Source of the DNA: Gammaproteobacteria bacterium
GTDB lineage: Bacteria > Pseudomonadota > Gammaproteobacteria > Chromatiales > Chromatiaceae
NCBI GenBank assembly: GCA_020445315.1
Contig: JAGRGW010000009.1
Span: forward strand, 1 to 55,064
DNA length: 55,064 nt
Reading direction: 5' to 3'
Made by a program: the position numbers and the translations under genes
Notes under the pieces: model-generated
Seen by the model: only the letters and a program-made list of their open reading frames with translations
What the model was told of the DNA's origin: nothing
Database searches by the model: none
Shown: piece after piece, positions 36,655 through 46,341 of the stretch
Numbering within the stretch: position 1 is the stretch's first letter
Layout of the letters: each line of letters opens with the position of its first letter

Positions 36655-39600
36655 CTATGCAGGCGGCGCGCCCCGGCGCCACAGGAACTCGAGCGGCTCG
36701 GTCGTAGACAGGTGGACATCCCGCTGCGGGAACGCGATCTCGATACCCGCTTCGCGGAACTTGTCGAGGATCGCCTGGTGGAGTTCGGTGATCGTCTGCA
36801 GACGGTTATCCATGTTGGCGAGGAAGGCCCGCATGTTGAGTGTCAGGGAGTTGTCGCCGAACCCCTCGAAACTGACCCTGTGTGTCGGATCCGTCAGGAT
36901 ATTGGGATGCTCCTCGGCCACCTCGTGCATCAGTTCCATGGCGCGGCGGGTATCGGTTCCGTAACCGACACCGACCGTGACGAATATGCGGTTGACCGTG
37001 TCCGACAAGGTCCAGTTGATCAACTGCCCGGTAATGAACGTCTTGTTCGGAATGACGAGCTCCTGGCGTTCCCAGTTGACGATTGTCGTCGCGCGGATCC
37101 GAATCTTGGATACCGTGCCGGTCGTACCATCCACCGTCACCACGTCGCCGACGCGAATCGGCTGCTCGAACAGCAGGATGATACCGCTGATGAAGTTCGC
37201 CACGATCTCCTGCAGGCCGAAACCGAGGCCGACCGACAGCGCGGCCACGAGCCACTGGATACTCGACCACTGCAGGCCCAGCGCATCGAACGTGATGACG
37301 ACGCCGATCATCGCGACGACGTACTGCAGCAGGGTCGTGAATGCGTAGCGCGAGGCGCGGCTCATCGGCAGGCGCTGCAGCACGGTCAGTTCCAGCACGG
37401 CCGGCACCTTCATCGCCGCGAACAGCGCCAGCCCGCCGAGCAGGAGGCCGGCGACCAGCGCGCTCAGCGTCAACGGCACATCCTGGCTGACGCCATCGAC
37501 CAGCACCGTCGTCGTGATCGGCAGCTGGACCTGGTTGAGGACACTAAAGGCCGGGAAGATGTCGCGCCAGATCCAGTACAGCCCCACGATCAGACTGATG
37601 GTATAACCCAGCTGGACCAGGCTGCGGACCTGCTCGCCCAGCTGCACGTAGTTCACCTTTTCCTCTTCGATCGCCTTGATGACGGTGTCGACCGGGGAAT
37701 CCGCGGCCGCGGCCGGCTCCTTGCCGGCTGCACGCTGGGCCAGCAGTTCGTCCCGGTAGCGCACAGCCTCCTGAAAGCGCAGGCGGCGCTGGGTCACGTA
37801 CAGCCCCCGGAACAACAGGTCCCTGCCCACCACGGCGAACAGGATGAACCACAGCGTTTCACCGGCGACGGACGCCAGAAAAACGCCGGTGTAGAAGTAA
37901 CCAACCAGGGCCGAAACCGCCAGCGACAGCGGAATCAACAGCGCGGGACCGAACCAGAGCACGTGGTAACTGTGCCACCGGGCGTTTTCCTCGCTGTCGG
38001 CAAATGCCTGCATGACCTCGCCGTTCTTGCGCCAGATCCGATGAATGATGATCATCAGGAACAGCATCTGCGCGGCAAACGCCAGGCGGCCGAGCGACAC
38101 CAGGCCGGCCTCCTCGACCTGTACCGCACCCGCCAGGCGAACGAAATCGGAGGGTACGGATGCGGAACCGTTGGCAAGGAGAAAGGCCAACGGTGCGGCG
38201 ATCGGTATCAGCCAACGCGTCTGCCGGTTGAGCTGGGTGCACAGCACCGGGGTCCACTGCAGGTGGGCGACGGCAACCCCCTCCTGACGACACAGATGTC
38301 GGAAAATCCCCAGGAACAGGACGGTCTGCCCGGCGGCCTGCAGACCCGCGGCAACCTGCAGGGTCGCATTGGAAGCGGCCGGCAGACCGCCCAGCAACAA
38401 GCCTAGTCCGAGCAACAGCCAGACCACGGGCAACATCAGGACCAGCGTGAAGCCCAAGGCCCTCGTGGTCGCCGTGAACCGGTCGGTCCGGACCTTGCGG
38501 GTCAGTTCCGCGGCCTGGCGCAGGCCCTCGCGTGCCCGGCGCTGACTGCCGAACAGCACGACAACGCCGAGCAGCCAGAACAGTGTTTCCAACGTGCGAC
38601 TGGCGGGCAGCGTGAGCATGTCTGCGACCACGACCTGCCAGTTCTGCGGGTCGACGAACCACAACAGGCCCTGGACCAGCAGTTTCGGCTCGGTCAGCGG
38701 TATCAGTTCGGAACTCGGCACCCACAGCAGGCGGTCGTCGATAAAGCCACGGTAACGCGTCGCCTCGACGACGAGGCTGCGCGTTGCGGCCTCGAGCTGC
38801 GACAACACGTTGAGATAGCGTGTATAACCCTGCCAGAGGTCGAGCGCCGTCTTGCGATAGATCGCGGCCAGCTCGCCGATCGCCTGTGACGACGACGTCA
38901 ACAGGGCCGCGTCGATACGTTTCTCGTTGACCAGGTAGGTTTTTGCCGCTTCGTCGTCGACGGCCTCCTGCAGGATCTCGTCGAGCTCCAGCTGGCGCAG
39001 GCCCGCATCGCTGAGCTGCTGCTGGAACGTCAGCGCCTCGCGACCGAGCTGGTCCGGCGCCGGCGCCAGTTGCCGGCGCTTCTGCAACAGCGACGACACC
39101 TGGCTGCTGGAGCCACCCAGCTCCACGACCTGCTGGATGCGGTCGTAATCCCGCTGCAGGCGTTCGGCAGTCCGTTTGACCTGTTGCAGCTGCCGCTCCA
39201 GTTCGGCCTCCTGCGCCACCAGCGACGACTGTTCACGCGCCAGCTGGGCGATCTCGGTCTGGATGGCACGCAGCGCGTCCGGCGTCTCGTCGGCCCGCCG
39301 TTCGACCGCCGACACCACGGCCTCCGCATCCTGGCGGCGCTTCGACTGCAGCTGGTCGAGCATGGCCGCGACGTTATTCTTGAGGGCCTCGACCTCGGCC
39401 GCGACCACGTCACGCTCCTGCCGTGTGACGTCGATCAGCAGGTTGACGCTGCCCTGGCGCAGCTTGATGGCATCGATCCGCGCACGCCAGAGCTCGATGC
39501 GGGCCTTGCGCCAAAGCACCTCGGCGGAGTTCACCAGGTCGTCTTCGGCCGCCTCCCGCGGCATGCTCTCGAGCTCTGCCAGGCGCTTGGTCGCGGCCGT

Positions 39601-40125
39601 CAGGTCACCGGCGTCGGTGCGGCTCTTCGACAGCAGTTCGTCGAGTTTGCGTTCACGCTCCTCGAGTAGCAGCTGTTGCGCGGACAAGGTGCCACGCCGC
39701 TCGGTCAGCTTGGCATCGAGTTGCTCGGCCGACAGCCGGTCGCGCGCCTCGGTGGCGACGAGCCCGGGCAGATTGGCCTGCCTGGCCGACAGTTCCTTGA
39801 TGCGCTGCGGCGCCGTGGAAATGCGTTCGCGCAACGCGGCCACCTGTTCGAGCATGGCCTGGGTTTCCTGCCGCGACGACAGCGTCTCGTCGATGCGCTT
39901 GAGCGCCTGCGCCTTCTGTTCGTCGGACAGGCCGGTTGCGCTCTCGACGGCGCCGCGCAGGCTCGACGCCTGCTGCTGCAGGTCGACGGCAAATGCCGCC
40001 GGCACCAGGATTGCCAGGAAACCGCAGATCCAGAGAAACCGGGCGAGACGAGCCGCCGCAGACGGGCGGTGCGAGGTGCGGAACGGGCCGATCATCGACA
40101 ACAAGAAAAACAGAATGCTGGACAT
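36655..40125 (-). CDS. MscK/KefA-like large mechanosensitive channel (second paralog)
   Basis: Coiled-coil periplasmic domain, TM block, GLGFGLQEIVANFISG, FPQRDVHL. Confidence 0.9.
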   Translation of the reverse strand: MSSILFFLLSMIGPFRTSHRPSAAARLARFLWICGFLAILVPAAFAVDLQQQASSLRGAVESATGLSDEQKAQALKRIDETLSSRQETQAMLEQVAALRERISTAPQRIKELSARQANLPGLVATEARDRLSAEQLDAKLTERRGTLSAQQLLLEERERKLDELLSKSRTDAGDLTAATKRLAELESMPREAAEDDLVNSAEVLWRKARIELWRARIDAIKLRQGSVNLLIDVTRQERDVVAAEVEALKNNVAAMLDQLQSKRRQDAEAVVSAVERRADETPDALRAIQTEIAQLAREQSSLVAQEAELERQLQQVKRTAERLQRDYDRIQQVVELGGSSSQVSSLLQKRRQLAPAPDQLGREALTFQQQLSDAGLRQLELDEILQEAVDDEAAKTYLVNEKRIDAALLTSSSQAIGELAAIYRKTALDLWQGYTRYLNVLSQLEAATRSLVVEATRYRGFIDDRLLWVPSSELIPLTEPKLLVQGLLWFVDPQNWQVVVADMLTLPASRTLETLFWLLGVVVLFGSQRRAREGLRQAAELTRKVRTDRFTATTRALGFTLVLMLPVVWLLLGLGLLLGGLPAASNATLQVAAGLQAAGQTVLFLGIFRHLCRQEGVAVAHLQWTPVLCTQLNRQTRWLIPIAAPLAFLLANGSASVPSDFVRLAGAVQVEEAGLVSLGRLAFAAQMLFLMIIIHRIWRKNGEVMQAFADSEENARWHSYHVLWFGPALLIPLSLAVSALVGYFYTGVFLASVAGETLWFILFAVVGRDLLFRGLYVTQRRLRFQEAVRYRDELLAQRAAGKEPAAAADSPVDTVIKAIEEEKVNYVQLGEQVRSLVQLGYTISLIVGLYWIWRDIFPAFSVLNQVQLPITTTVLVDGVSQDVPLTLSALVAGLLLGGLALFAAMKVPAVLELTVLQRLPMSRASRYAFTTLLQYVVAMIGVVITFDALGLQWSSIQWLVAALSVGLGFGLQEIVANFISGIILLFEQPIRVGDVVTVDGTTGTVSKIRIRATTIVNWERQELVIPNKTFITGQLINWTLSDTVNRIFVTVGVGYGTDTRRAMELMHEVAEEHPNILTDPTHRVSFEGFGDNSLTLNMRAFLANMDNRLQTITELHQAILDKFREAGIEIAFPQRDVHLSTTEPLEFLWRRGAPPA

Positions 40126-40305
40126 GCCGCACTATCGCCCGTAAGTCCTCGTCGATGCAACATCGTCGCCCCCGGCCAAGTCGCCGGGGCGCGCAGACCG
40201 CGACAGATGTCGTGCAGCCGCACCACGTTGTGCACCGCGAGCCTGTTCATCGACAGGGGGATGCCGCATTATTCCTGGACCGAGTCTGAACGGGAGGCGT
40301 AGACA

Positions 40306-41280
40306 ATGGCAGACGACGACGGCCTGGTTGCCTCTTTCCGCCTGGACGGCGACGGGCGCGGTATCCCGTTGACCTGGGACGAGATTCGCGCGTGGACGAA
40401 AGCATCCGGCACCCTCTGGGTACATCTCCACCGCGGGGCCGAGGCGGCGCAAAGCTGGCTCCGTGAAGACAGCGGACTGGACGCGCTGGTCGTCGAATCC
40501 CTGCTGGCCGAGAGCACGCGACCCCGCTGCGCACCCATCGGCGAGGGCGTCATGCTGTTCCTGCGCGGCGTCAACCTGAACCCGGGCGCCGACCCGGAAG
40601 ACATGGTTTCCATCCGTCTCTGGATCGAACCGACGCGGATCATCAGCGTGCGAACCCGCCGCCTGCTGTCGGTCGACGACCTGCGCGCCGCACTGCTGCG
40701 CGGCGACGGCCCGCGCACGACCGGTGAGTTCGTCACTCGCCTGGCGGATCACCTGGTGTCGCGTGTGTCCGGCATCATCTCCGACGTCGACGACGAAGTC
40801 GACCGACTGCAGGACGAGGTCCTCGTGTCCAACGAGCGGGTACTGCGCGCGGAACTGACGCGCCTGCGGCGCGAGATCATCGCGCTGCGGCGCTACCTGG
40901 CCCCGCAGCGCGACGCCCTGAGCCGGCTCGGCAACCTCAAGCCGGCCTGGCTCGATGACATGGACAGTCTCCACATCCGCGAAGAGGCCGACCGCGTCGT
41001 CCGCCTCGTCGAAGACCTCGACGCCGCCCGCGAGCGCGCGGCCGTCACCCAGGAGGAACTCAACAACCGCCTGGCCGAGGAGATGAACCAACGGATGTAC
41101 GTGCTTTCGGTCGTCGCTGCGATTTTCCTGCCGCTGGGGTTCCTGACCGGCCTGTTCGGCATCAACGTGGGTGGCATACCGCTGGCCGAGGACCCATTCG
41201 GGTTCGTCGAGATCGTGCTGCTCCTGCTCTTGATCACCGCCCTCCAGGTCGGGTTGTTCCGCTGGCGCCGCTGGTTATAG
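40306..41280 (+). CDS. zntB: ZntB (CorA family) zinc transporter
   Basis: TRPR, LRGVNLNPGADPEDMVSIR, GINVGGIP signature, two C-terminal TMs. Confidence 0.92.
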   Translation: MADDDGLVASFRLDGDGRGIPLTWDEIRAWTKASGTLWVHLHRGAEAAQSWLREDSGLDALVVESLLAESTRPRCAPIGEGVMLFLRGVNLNPGADPEDMVSIRLWIEPTRIISVRTRRLLSVDDLRAALLRGDGPRTTGEFVTRLADHLVSRVSGIISDVDDEVDRLQDEVLVSNERVLRAELTRLRREIIALRRYLAPQRDALSRLGNLKPAWLDDMDSLHIREEADRVVRLVEDLDAARERAAVTQEELNNRLAEEMNQRMYVLSVVAAIFLPLGFLTGLFGINVGGIPLAEDPFGFVEIVLLLLLITALQVGLFRWRRWL

Positions 41281-41324
41281 TGACGCACTGAGCCGGTAAC
41301 AGCACACAACAGGGTTGGGTCGTA

Positions 41325-42689
41325 TTGACGGGAAACAGCCGACACCGGGCCCCGGACGCAGCAGACGATCGAAATGAGCGGGTCGAGAACCTTTATGCCC
41401 GCATCGTCGGAGACGAGGATGCGCGTGTCTGCAAGGACATTCCCGACGCCGCCTGCAACGACCAGCCCTTCAATTTTTTCGCCTACCTCGGCAGCAATGC
41501 ACTCGGCAAGATCGCCGACGAAATTGCCAGCGCCAAGCTGCTGATCCCGTGGCTGTTCGGCACGCTCGGCGTGCCGGCCACATTCACGGGGTTCCTGGTT
41601 CCCATCCGGGAAGCAGGCGTTCTGATTCCACAACTCGTCGTCGCAGCCCTGGTGCGGGCCATGCCGGTACGCAAAGGCGTCTGGCTGCTTGGGGCCGCAC
41701 TCTCCGCCACCGCCCTCCTGGGCATGGCTGTCGCCGCGGCGACAGTGGAAGGCATGGCGGCCGGGTTCGCCATCCTCGGCCTGCTCGTGGTCTACAGCCT
41801 GGCGCGCGGCCTGTGTTCGGTGTCGGCCAAGGATGTCCTCGGCAAGACCATCTCCAAAAGCCGACGCGGTCGGCTGATGGGCCTCAGCGCGAGTATTTCG
41901 GGCCTGGTGGTATTGACCATCGGCATCTGGCTCGCGGCCTTCACCTCGAGCGGCACCGTCGCCACGTTCTCGATCCTGTTCGCCGCCGCCGGTGTCTGCT
42001 GGATCGTGGCTGCCCTGGTATTCGGCGCCATCCGGGAACAACCAGGCGCGACGGAAGGCGGCGGCAACGCCCTGGCCGTAGCGGTGCAGCAACTCGGCCT
42101 GCTGAGAACGGAACCCGGCTTTCGCCGATACGTCGTCGCGAGGGCACTGCTGTTGTCAGTGGCCCTCGCGCCGCCCTTCTACGTCCTCGTGGCGCAGCAA
42201 CAGGCCGACAGCGGCCTTCTCGGTCTTGGCACCCTGATCGTGGCGAACGGCCTGGCAACCAGCCTGTCCGCACCCGTGTGGGGCTACCTCGGTGACTGGT
42301 CTTCGAAAAAAGTCATGGCATCGGCCGCCGCCGGCGCGGGTATCGTCGGCGTGCTGCCGGCACTGGCAGCTTGGCAGGACTGGGGCCTGTCCGGCGGCGG
42401 GCTCGGCATGGCGCCCCTGTTCTTCGTCGTCACCGTCATGCATGGCGGCGTTCGCCTCGGGCGCAAGGTCTATCTCGTCGACATGAGTGACGACCGTCAT
42501 CGTGCGGCATTCGTGGCCGTTTCCAATACCGCGATCGGGGTCCTCATGCTGGTCGGCGGCCTCGTCGGCCTGGTCGGCGACTGGCTCGGGCCGGCAGCCG
42601 TGATCCTGGCGCTTGCGGCCGTATCCTTCGTCGCCGCGGCCTACGCCATGCGCCTGCCCGATGTCAGCGGGTCCGCACAGTCACGCTGA
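41325..42689 (+). CDS. MFS transporter
   Basis: About 12 hydrophobic segments; DEDARVCKDIP..AC N-terminus, LVPIREAG, GVRLGRKVYLVDM. Confidence 0.85.
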   Translation: MTGNSRHRAPDAADDRNERVENLYARIVGDEDARVCKDIPDAACNDQPFNFFAYLGSNALGKIADEIASAKLLIPWLFGTLGVPATFTGFLVPIREAGVLIPQLVVAALVRAMPVRKGVWLLGAALSATALLGMAVAAATVEGMAAGFAILGLLVVYSLARGLCSVSAKDVLGKTISKSRRGRLMGLSASISGLVVLTIGIWLAAFTSSGTVATFSILFAAAGVCWIVAALVFGAIREQPGATEGGGNALAVAVQQLGLLRTEPGFRRYVVARALLLSVALAPPFYVLVAQQQADSGLLGLGTLIVANGLATSLSAPVWGYLGDWSSKKVMASAAAGAGIVGVLPALAAWQDWGLSGGGLGMAPLFFVVTVMHGGVRLGRKVYLVDMSDDRHRAAFVAVSNTAIGVLMLVGGLVGLVGDWLGPAAVILALAAVSFVAAAYAMRLPDVSGSAQSR

Positions 42690-42724
42690 AATGCGGCGAA
42701 ACGCCGACTCACCACACCCAACCA

Positions 42725-43774
42725 TCAGGCGATCGTCACCTGCTCCGACAGGTAGACGTCCTGGATCGCGTTCAGCAGTGCAACGCCCTGGTCCATCGGC
42801 TTCTGGAAGGCCTTGCGTCCCGAGATCAGCCCCATGCCGCCGGCACGCTTGTTGATCACCGCGGTGCGGACCGCCTGGTGCAGGTCGTCCTGGCCGGACG
42901 GACCGCCCGAGTTGATCATGCCGATACGCCCCATGTAGCAGTTGGCCACCTGGTAGCGGACCAGGTCGATCGGGTGTTCGCTGGTCAGTTCGTCGTAGAC
43001 CTTCGGGTGGGTCTTGCCGAAACCGACGGCCTTGTAGCCGCCGTTGCAGGTCGCCTGCTTCTGCTTGACGATGTCGGCCTCGATCGTCACGGCGAGATGG
43101 TTGGCCTGGCCGGTCAGGTCAGCCGATTCGTGGTAATCGATGCCGTCCTTCTTGAACTCTGGGTTGCGCAGGTAGGCCCACAGCACTGTCGCCATGCCGA
43201 GTTCGTGCGCGTGGGCGAAGGCCTCGCTGATCTCGACGATCTGACGACGTGACTCCGGCGCACCGAAGTAGATCGTTGCACCGACTGCGACAGCACCCAT
43301 GTCGAAGGCCTGGTCGACGCTGGCGAACAGGGTCTGGTCGAACTCGTTGGGGTAGGTCAACAGTTCGTTGTGGTTCAGCTTGACCAGGAACGGGATCTTG
43401 TGCGCGTAACGGCGACCGACCGCCCCCAATACCCCGAGTGTCGAAGCGACCGCGTTGCAGCCCCCCGCCATCGCCAGCTGAATGATGTTTTCAGGATCGA
43501 AGTAGATCGGATTCGGCGCAAACGATGCGCCGCCGGCGTGTTCGACACCCTGGTCGACCGGCAGGATCGACAGGTAACCGGTGCCGCCGAGCCGTCCGTG
43601 ATCGAACAGCGTCTGCAGGGAACGCAGCACCCCGGTCTTGCGGTCGGTGGCCGCCATCACCCGGTCGACGAAATCGGGCCCCGGGGTCTGCAGCAGGCTG
43701 CGCGGAATGGTGCTGCACGCGTGTTCGAGCAGAAAGCCCGCCTCGTCGCCGAGCATGTGTTGGATATCGGTCAT
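42725..43774 (-). CDS. fbaB: Class I fructose-bisphosphate aldolase
   Basis: [27 protein letters not shown] (Schiff-base Lys), [18 protein letters not shown]. Confidence 0.95.
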   Translation of the reverse strand: MTDIQHMLGDEAGFLLEHACSTIPRSLLQTPGPDFVDRVMAATDRKTGVLRSLQTLFDHGRLGGTGYLSILPVDQGVEHAGGASFAPNPIYFDPENIIQLAMAGGCNAVASTLGVLGAVGRRYAHKIPFLVKLNHNELLTYPNEFDQTLFASVDQAFDMGAVAVGATIYFGAPESRRQIVEISEAFAHAHELGMATVLWAYLRNPEFKKDGIDYHESADLTGQANHLAVTIEADIVKQKQATCNGGYKAVGFGKTHPKVYDELTSEHPIDLVRYQVANCYMGRIGMINSGGPSGQDDLHQAVRTAVINKRAGGMGLISGRKAFQKPMDQGVALLNAIQDVYLSEQVTIA

Positions 43775-43913
43775 CGCCAAGTCCTCCGTTCACCTGAACG
43801 CAAGCTTAGGCAGACCTGCGCGCGATTGCTGTGACAATCTCGCGACGACAGAAATCCTGTCTGGCGGCCATTGCCGGGACAACCGCCACGCCGGCCGTCC
43901 CGTCTTCACCCGG

Positions 43914-44339
43914 TCAGTTGTTGTCTTCGATCTCGTCGACGTCGAGCTGACCGGACATCCGTCGCCGGATATGCGACCACGACATGCCGGTGGCCAGGAT
44001 CGCAGACAGCAGGAACAGGCCCAGGTAAGTGATCATCTGGACATCGTCGGCCTCCAGCCAGCCACGGTCGATCACGAGCCAGACGATCGTGCCGAAGAAG
44101 GCCACCGCCAGGAGGATGCCGATCGGCCCCAGGCTGCGCAGCGTGGCGCGGATGAACATGACCCAGCCGATCAGCAGCGCGACCCCGGCCAGCACGACCA
44201 GCGGATCAATCGCTCCCAGGTTCTGTTTCGCCCAGTGGTAATACGAGTAACCGCTGGGATTGTAGGTCGCAAAGACCAGCACCAATGCGAAAAGAAACCG
44301 CCACAGGTAGCTCTGCAGCGTGAAAGCCCGAACTGTCAT
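43914..44339 (-). CDS. Conserved hypothetical membrane protein
   Basis: TYNPSGYSYYHW, RATLRSLG, GMSWSHIRRRMSGQLDVDE. Confidence 0.8.
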   Translation of the reverse strand: MTVRAFTLQSYLWRFLFALVLVFATYNPSGYSYYHWAKQNLGAIDPLVVLAGVALLIGWVMFIRATLRSLGPIGILLAVAFFGTIVWLVIDRGWLEADDVQMITYLGLFLLSAILATGMSWSHIRRRMSGQLDVDEIEDNN

Positions 44340-44444
44340 AACCCAACTTTCCCGGTCAGTTTAAAGAGGCGGCAAAGCATAACCCAGCCGGCGGCCGGCG
44401 TTCCATGTCGCCGGTCACGACCAGCCGGCCAACGTCGCCGGCGA

Positions 44445-44906
44445 TCAGGCAACCAGCCAGCGACCACCGGCGCCGATCGCGATCGTCGCCAGGCCGATCA
44501 GGGTGTTGATGCCCACCAGCATGCGGATCTGCGCAAGGGCCTTGCCACCGGCCGGCCAGTCCTCGGCCGCGACCGCGCGCTTGAGCCGCCCGTACGGGGC
44601 AAAGAAAACATGAAAGAAAATCAACATCATCAGGATGCCGAGACCGAGCATCAGGTGCACGTACAGGCCGACACCGCCCATGCCCCCGTAGAAACCGAAG
44701 ATCATCCAAAACCCGGTGGCCAGGATCGCCACGACCGACGCCCAGACCCACGGGAAGAAACCGCCGAATACGCCGGCCCACAGTTTCAGCCGCACCGGCG
44801 GCTCCAGCTGGGTCGCCGCCACCGGGCGCAGGAACATGTAGGCGAAAAACATTCCGCCAACCCAAATCACGACTGCAATCACGTGCAGCAGTACCGCAGA
44901 AGCCAT
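44445..44906 (-). CDS. CopD/DUF2269-like four-TM membrane protein
   Basis: LHVIAVVIWVGGMFFAY..LRP and YVHLM; start trimmed to MASAVLLH. Confidence 0.8.
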   Translation of the reverse strand: MASAVLLHVIAVVIWVGGMFFAYMFLRPVAATQLEPPVRLKLWAGVFGGFFPWVWASVVAILATGFWMIFGFYGGMGGVGLYVHLMLGLGILMMLIFFHVFFAPYGRLKRAVAAEDWPAGGKALAQIRMLVGINTLIGLATIAIGAGGRWLVA

Positions 44907-45017
44907 GGCCTTCAGATCTCCCCTTCGAGCTTCGGTAAAGGGCCTGTATTCTACGCCGTGATCCGCGGCCCCGGGCGGTCTATCATCCAAGCCTCTCGAT
45001 TTACGGGGTTTCCGGAC

Positions 45018-45392
45018 ATGAGTAATGCCGATCATCACGTCGCGGTCCTGGGCGCCAGCCCGAAGCCCGCGCGCTACGCCAACCAGTGCATCCGGCTGCT
45101 GAAGCAGCATGGCTACCGGGTCACGCCGCTGCACCCGAGATTCGAGACGATCGAGGATTTGCCGGTCACGCCCGAACTTTCCGCCATCCAGGACCCGGTC
45201 GACACGCTGACGCTGTACGTGGGACCGAAGGGATTGGAGCCGATGATCGACGACATCGTGCGCTTGGCTCCCCGGCGGGTCATTTTCAACCCGGGCACCG
45301 AGAGTCCTGACCTGCAGCAGCGGCTGGACGCGCATGGCATTGACTGGTTCGAGGCCTGCACGCTGGTCATGCTGAAGACCGACCAGTTCTGA
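45018..45392 (+). CDS. CoA-binding protein (YccU-like)
   Basis: VAVLGASPKPARYA, VDTLTLYV, RVIFNPGTE, ACTLVML. Confidence 0.9.
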   Translation: MSNADHHVAVLGASPKPARYANQCIRLLKQHGYRVTPLHPRFETIEDLPVTPELSAIQDPVDTLTLYVGPKGLEPMIDDIVRLAPRRVIFNPGTESPDLQQRLDAHGIDWFEACTLVMLKTDQF

Positions 45393-45566
45393 GCGAACCG
45401 TGTTCCTCGGTCTCGCCCTGGTACTCGGCGCACTGTTGTGGGCACGCGATATCCGCCGCAAGTCCCGCGGTGTACCGACAAGTTTCCGTGGTCCCTGGAT
45501 CATGGGCCTGACCGGCGCAGTCGTGTTCGTGTTCTACCTGTGGCTGGTGACCCACGGGGCATTGGA

Positions 45567-46067
45567 ATGAACGACCGGCACGCGGGCCGCTCGCCGCACA
45601 TCACCCGCGACGGCTGGGACACCCTGAACACCGAACAGGACACGTTGTGGGCGAAACGCCGCAAGGTCGTCGCGCACCTGTCGGCGGCCGCGGCGGAGGG
45701 CGACCGCTCGGAGAACGCGGAATACATCTACCGCAAGAAACAGCTGCGCGAGATCGACCGCCGCATCCGCTACCTGCAGAAACGGCTGCCGCAGCTCAAG
45801 GTCGTCGACAGCCGGCCCGACGACCCCGAACAGATCTTCTTTGGCGCCTGGATCACGCTGGAGAACGCGGATGGCGAGCAGAACCGCTACCGCATCGTGG
45901 GCGCCGACGAATTCGACCCGAAGCGCAACTGGATCAGCGTCGATTCGCCGATGGCACGCGCCCTGCTCCGCAAGCGGGTCGACGACGACGTCGTCGTGCA
46001 GACACCTGGCGGACAGGTCGAGTGGTATATCGTCGCCGTCGACTACCGCGATCCGGCATCCGGCTGA
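45567..46067 (+). CDS. greB: Transcription elongation factor GreB
   Basis: [43 protein letters not shown]. Confidence 0.95.
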   Translation: MNDRHAGRSPHITRDGWDTLNTEQDTLWAKRRKVVAHLSAAAAEGDRSENAEYIYRKKQLREIDRRIRYLQKRLPQLKVVDSRPDDPEQIFFGAWITLENADGEQNRYRIVGADEFDPKRNWISVDSPMARALLRKRVDDDVVVQTPGGQVEWYIVAVDYRDPASG

Positions 46068-46110
46068 CGAACGCACCCGATGACGAAGGCCGGGCACCCG
46101 GCTTTCGCCG

Positions 46111-46341
46111 TCAGATCATCCCCATCGCCGCGGCCACCAGGTAGGCGACACTGAAGATCACCAGGCCGATGCTCCAGACCTGCAGCCACAGGACGCGCCC
46201 GCGGCGTGACAGCCATAGCAGCGCGAGCCCGATCAGCAGCGCCAGCGCGACAGTGAAGTTGAGCATGAAGTGCAGGCCCTCGCTCTGCGAGTAGACCTGC
46301 ATACCCGTCCCGGCGATGACGTCGCCTGCATCGTAGCGCAT
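46111..46341 (-). CDS. Small two-TM protein coupled to the ThDP enzyme gene
   Basis: TGATG stop/start overlap at 46341; two hydrophobic helices. Confidence 0.65.
   Translation of the reverse strand: MRYDAGDVIAGTGMQVYSQSEGLHFMLNFTVALALLIGLALLWLSRRGRVLWLQVWSIGLVIFSVAYLVAAAMGMI

Noticed and set aside
36028-38406. 792-aa plus-strand ORF
   Set aside because: Antisense shadow of pqiA and the MscK-like gene.
43638-45017. Long N-terminal extensions of ORF-track calls (e.g. 43638-45392, 44445-45503, 5426 start, 19385 start)
   Set aside because: They overlap real genes on the other strand or lack an RBS; the recognisable domains begin at the trimmed starts given in features.
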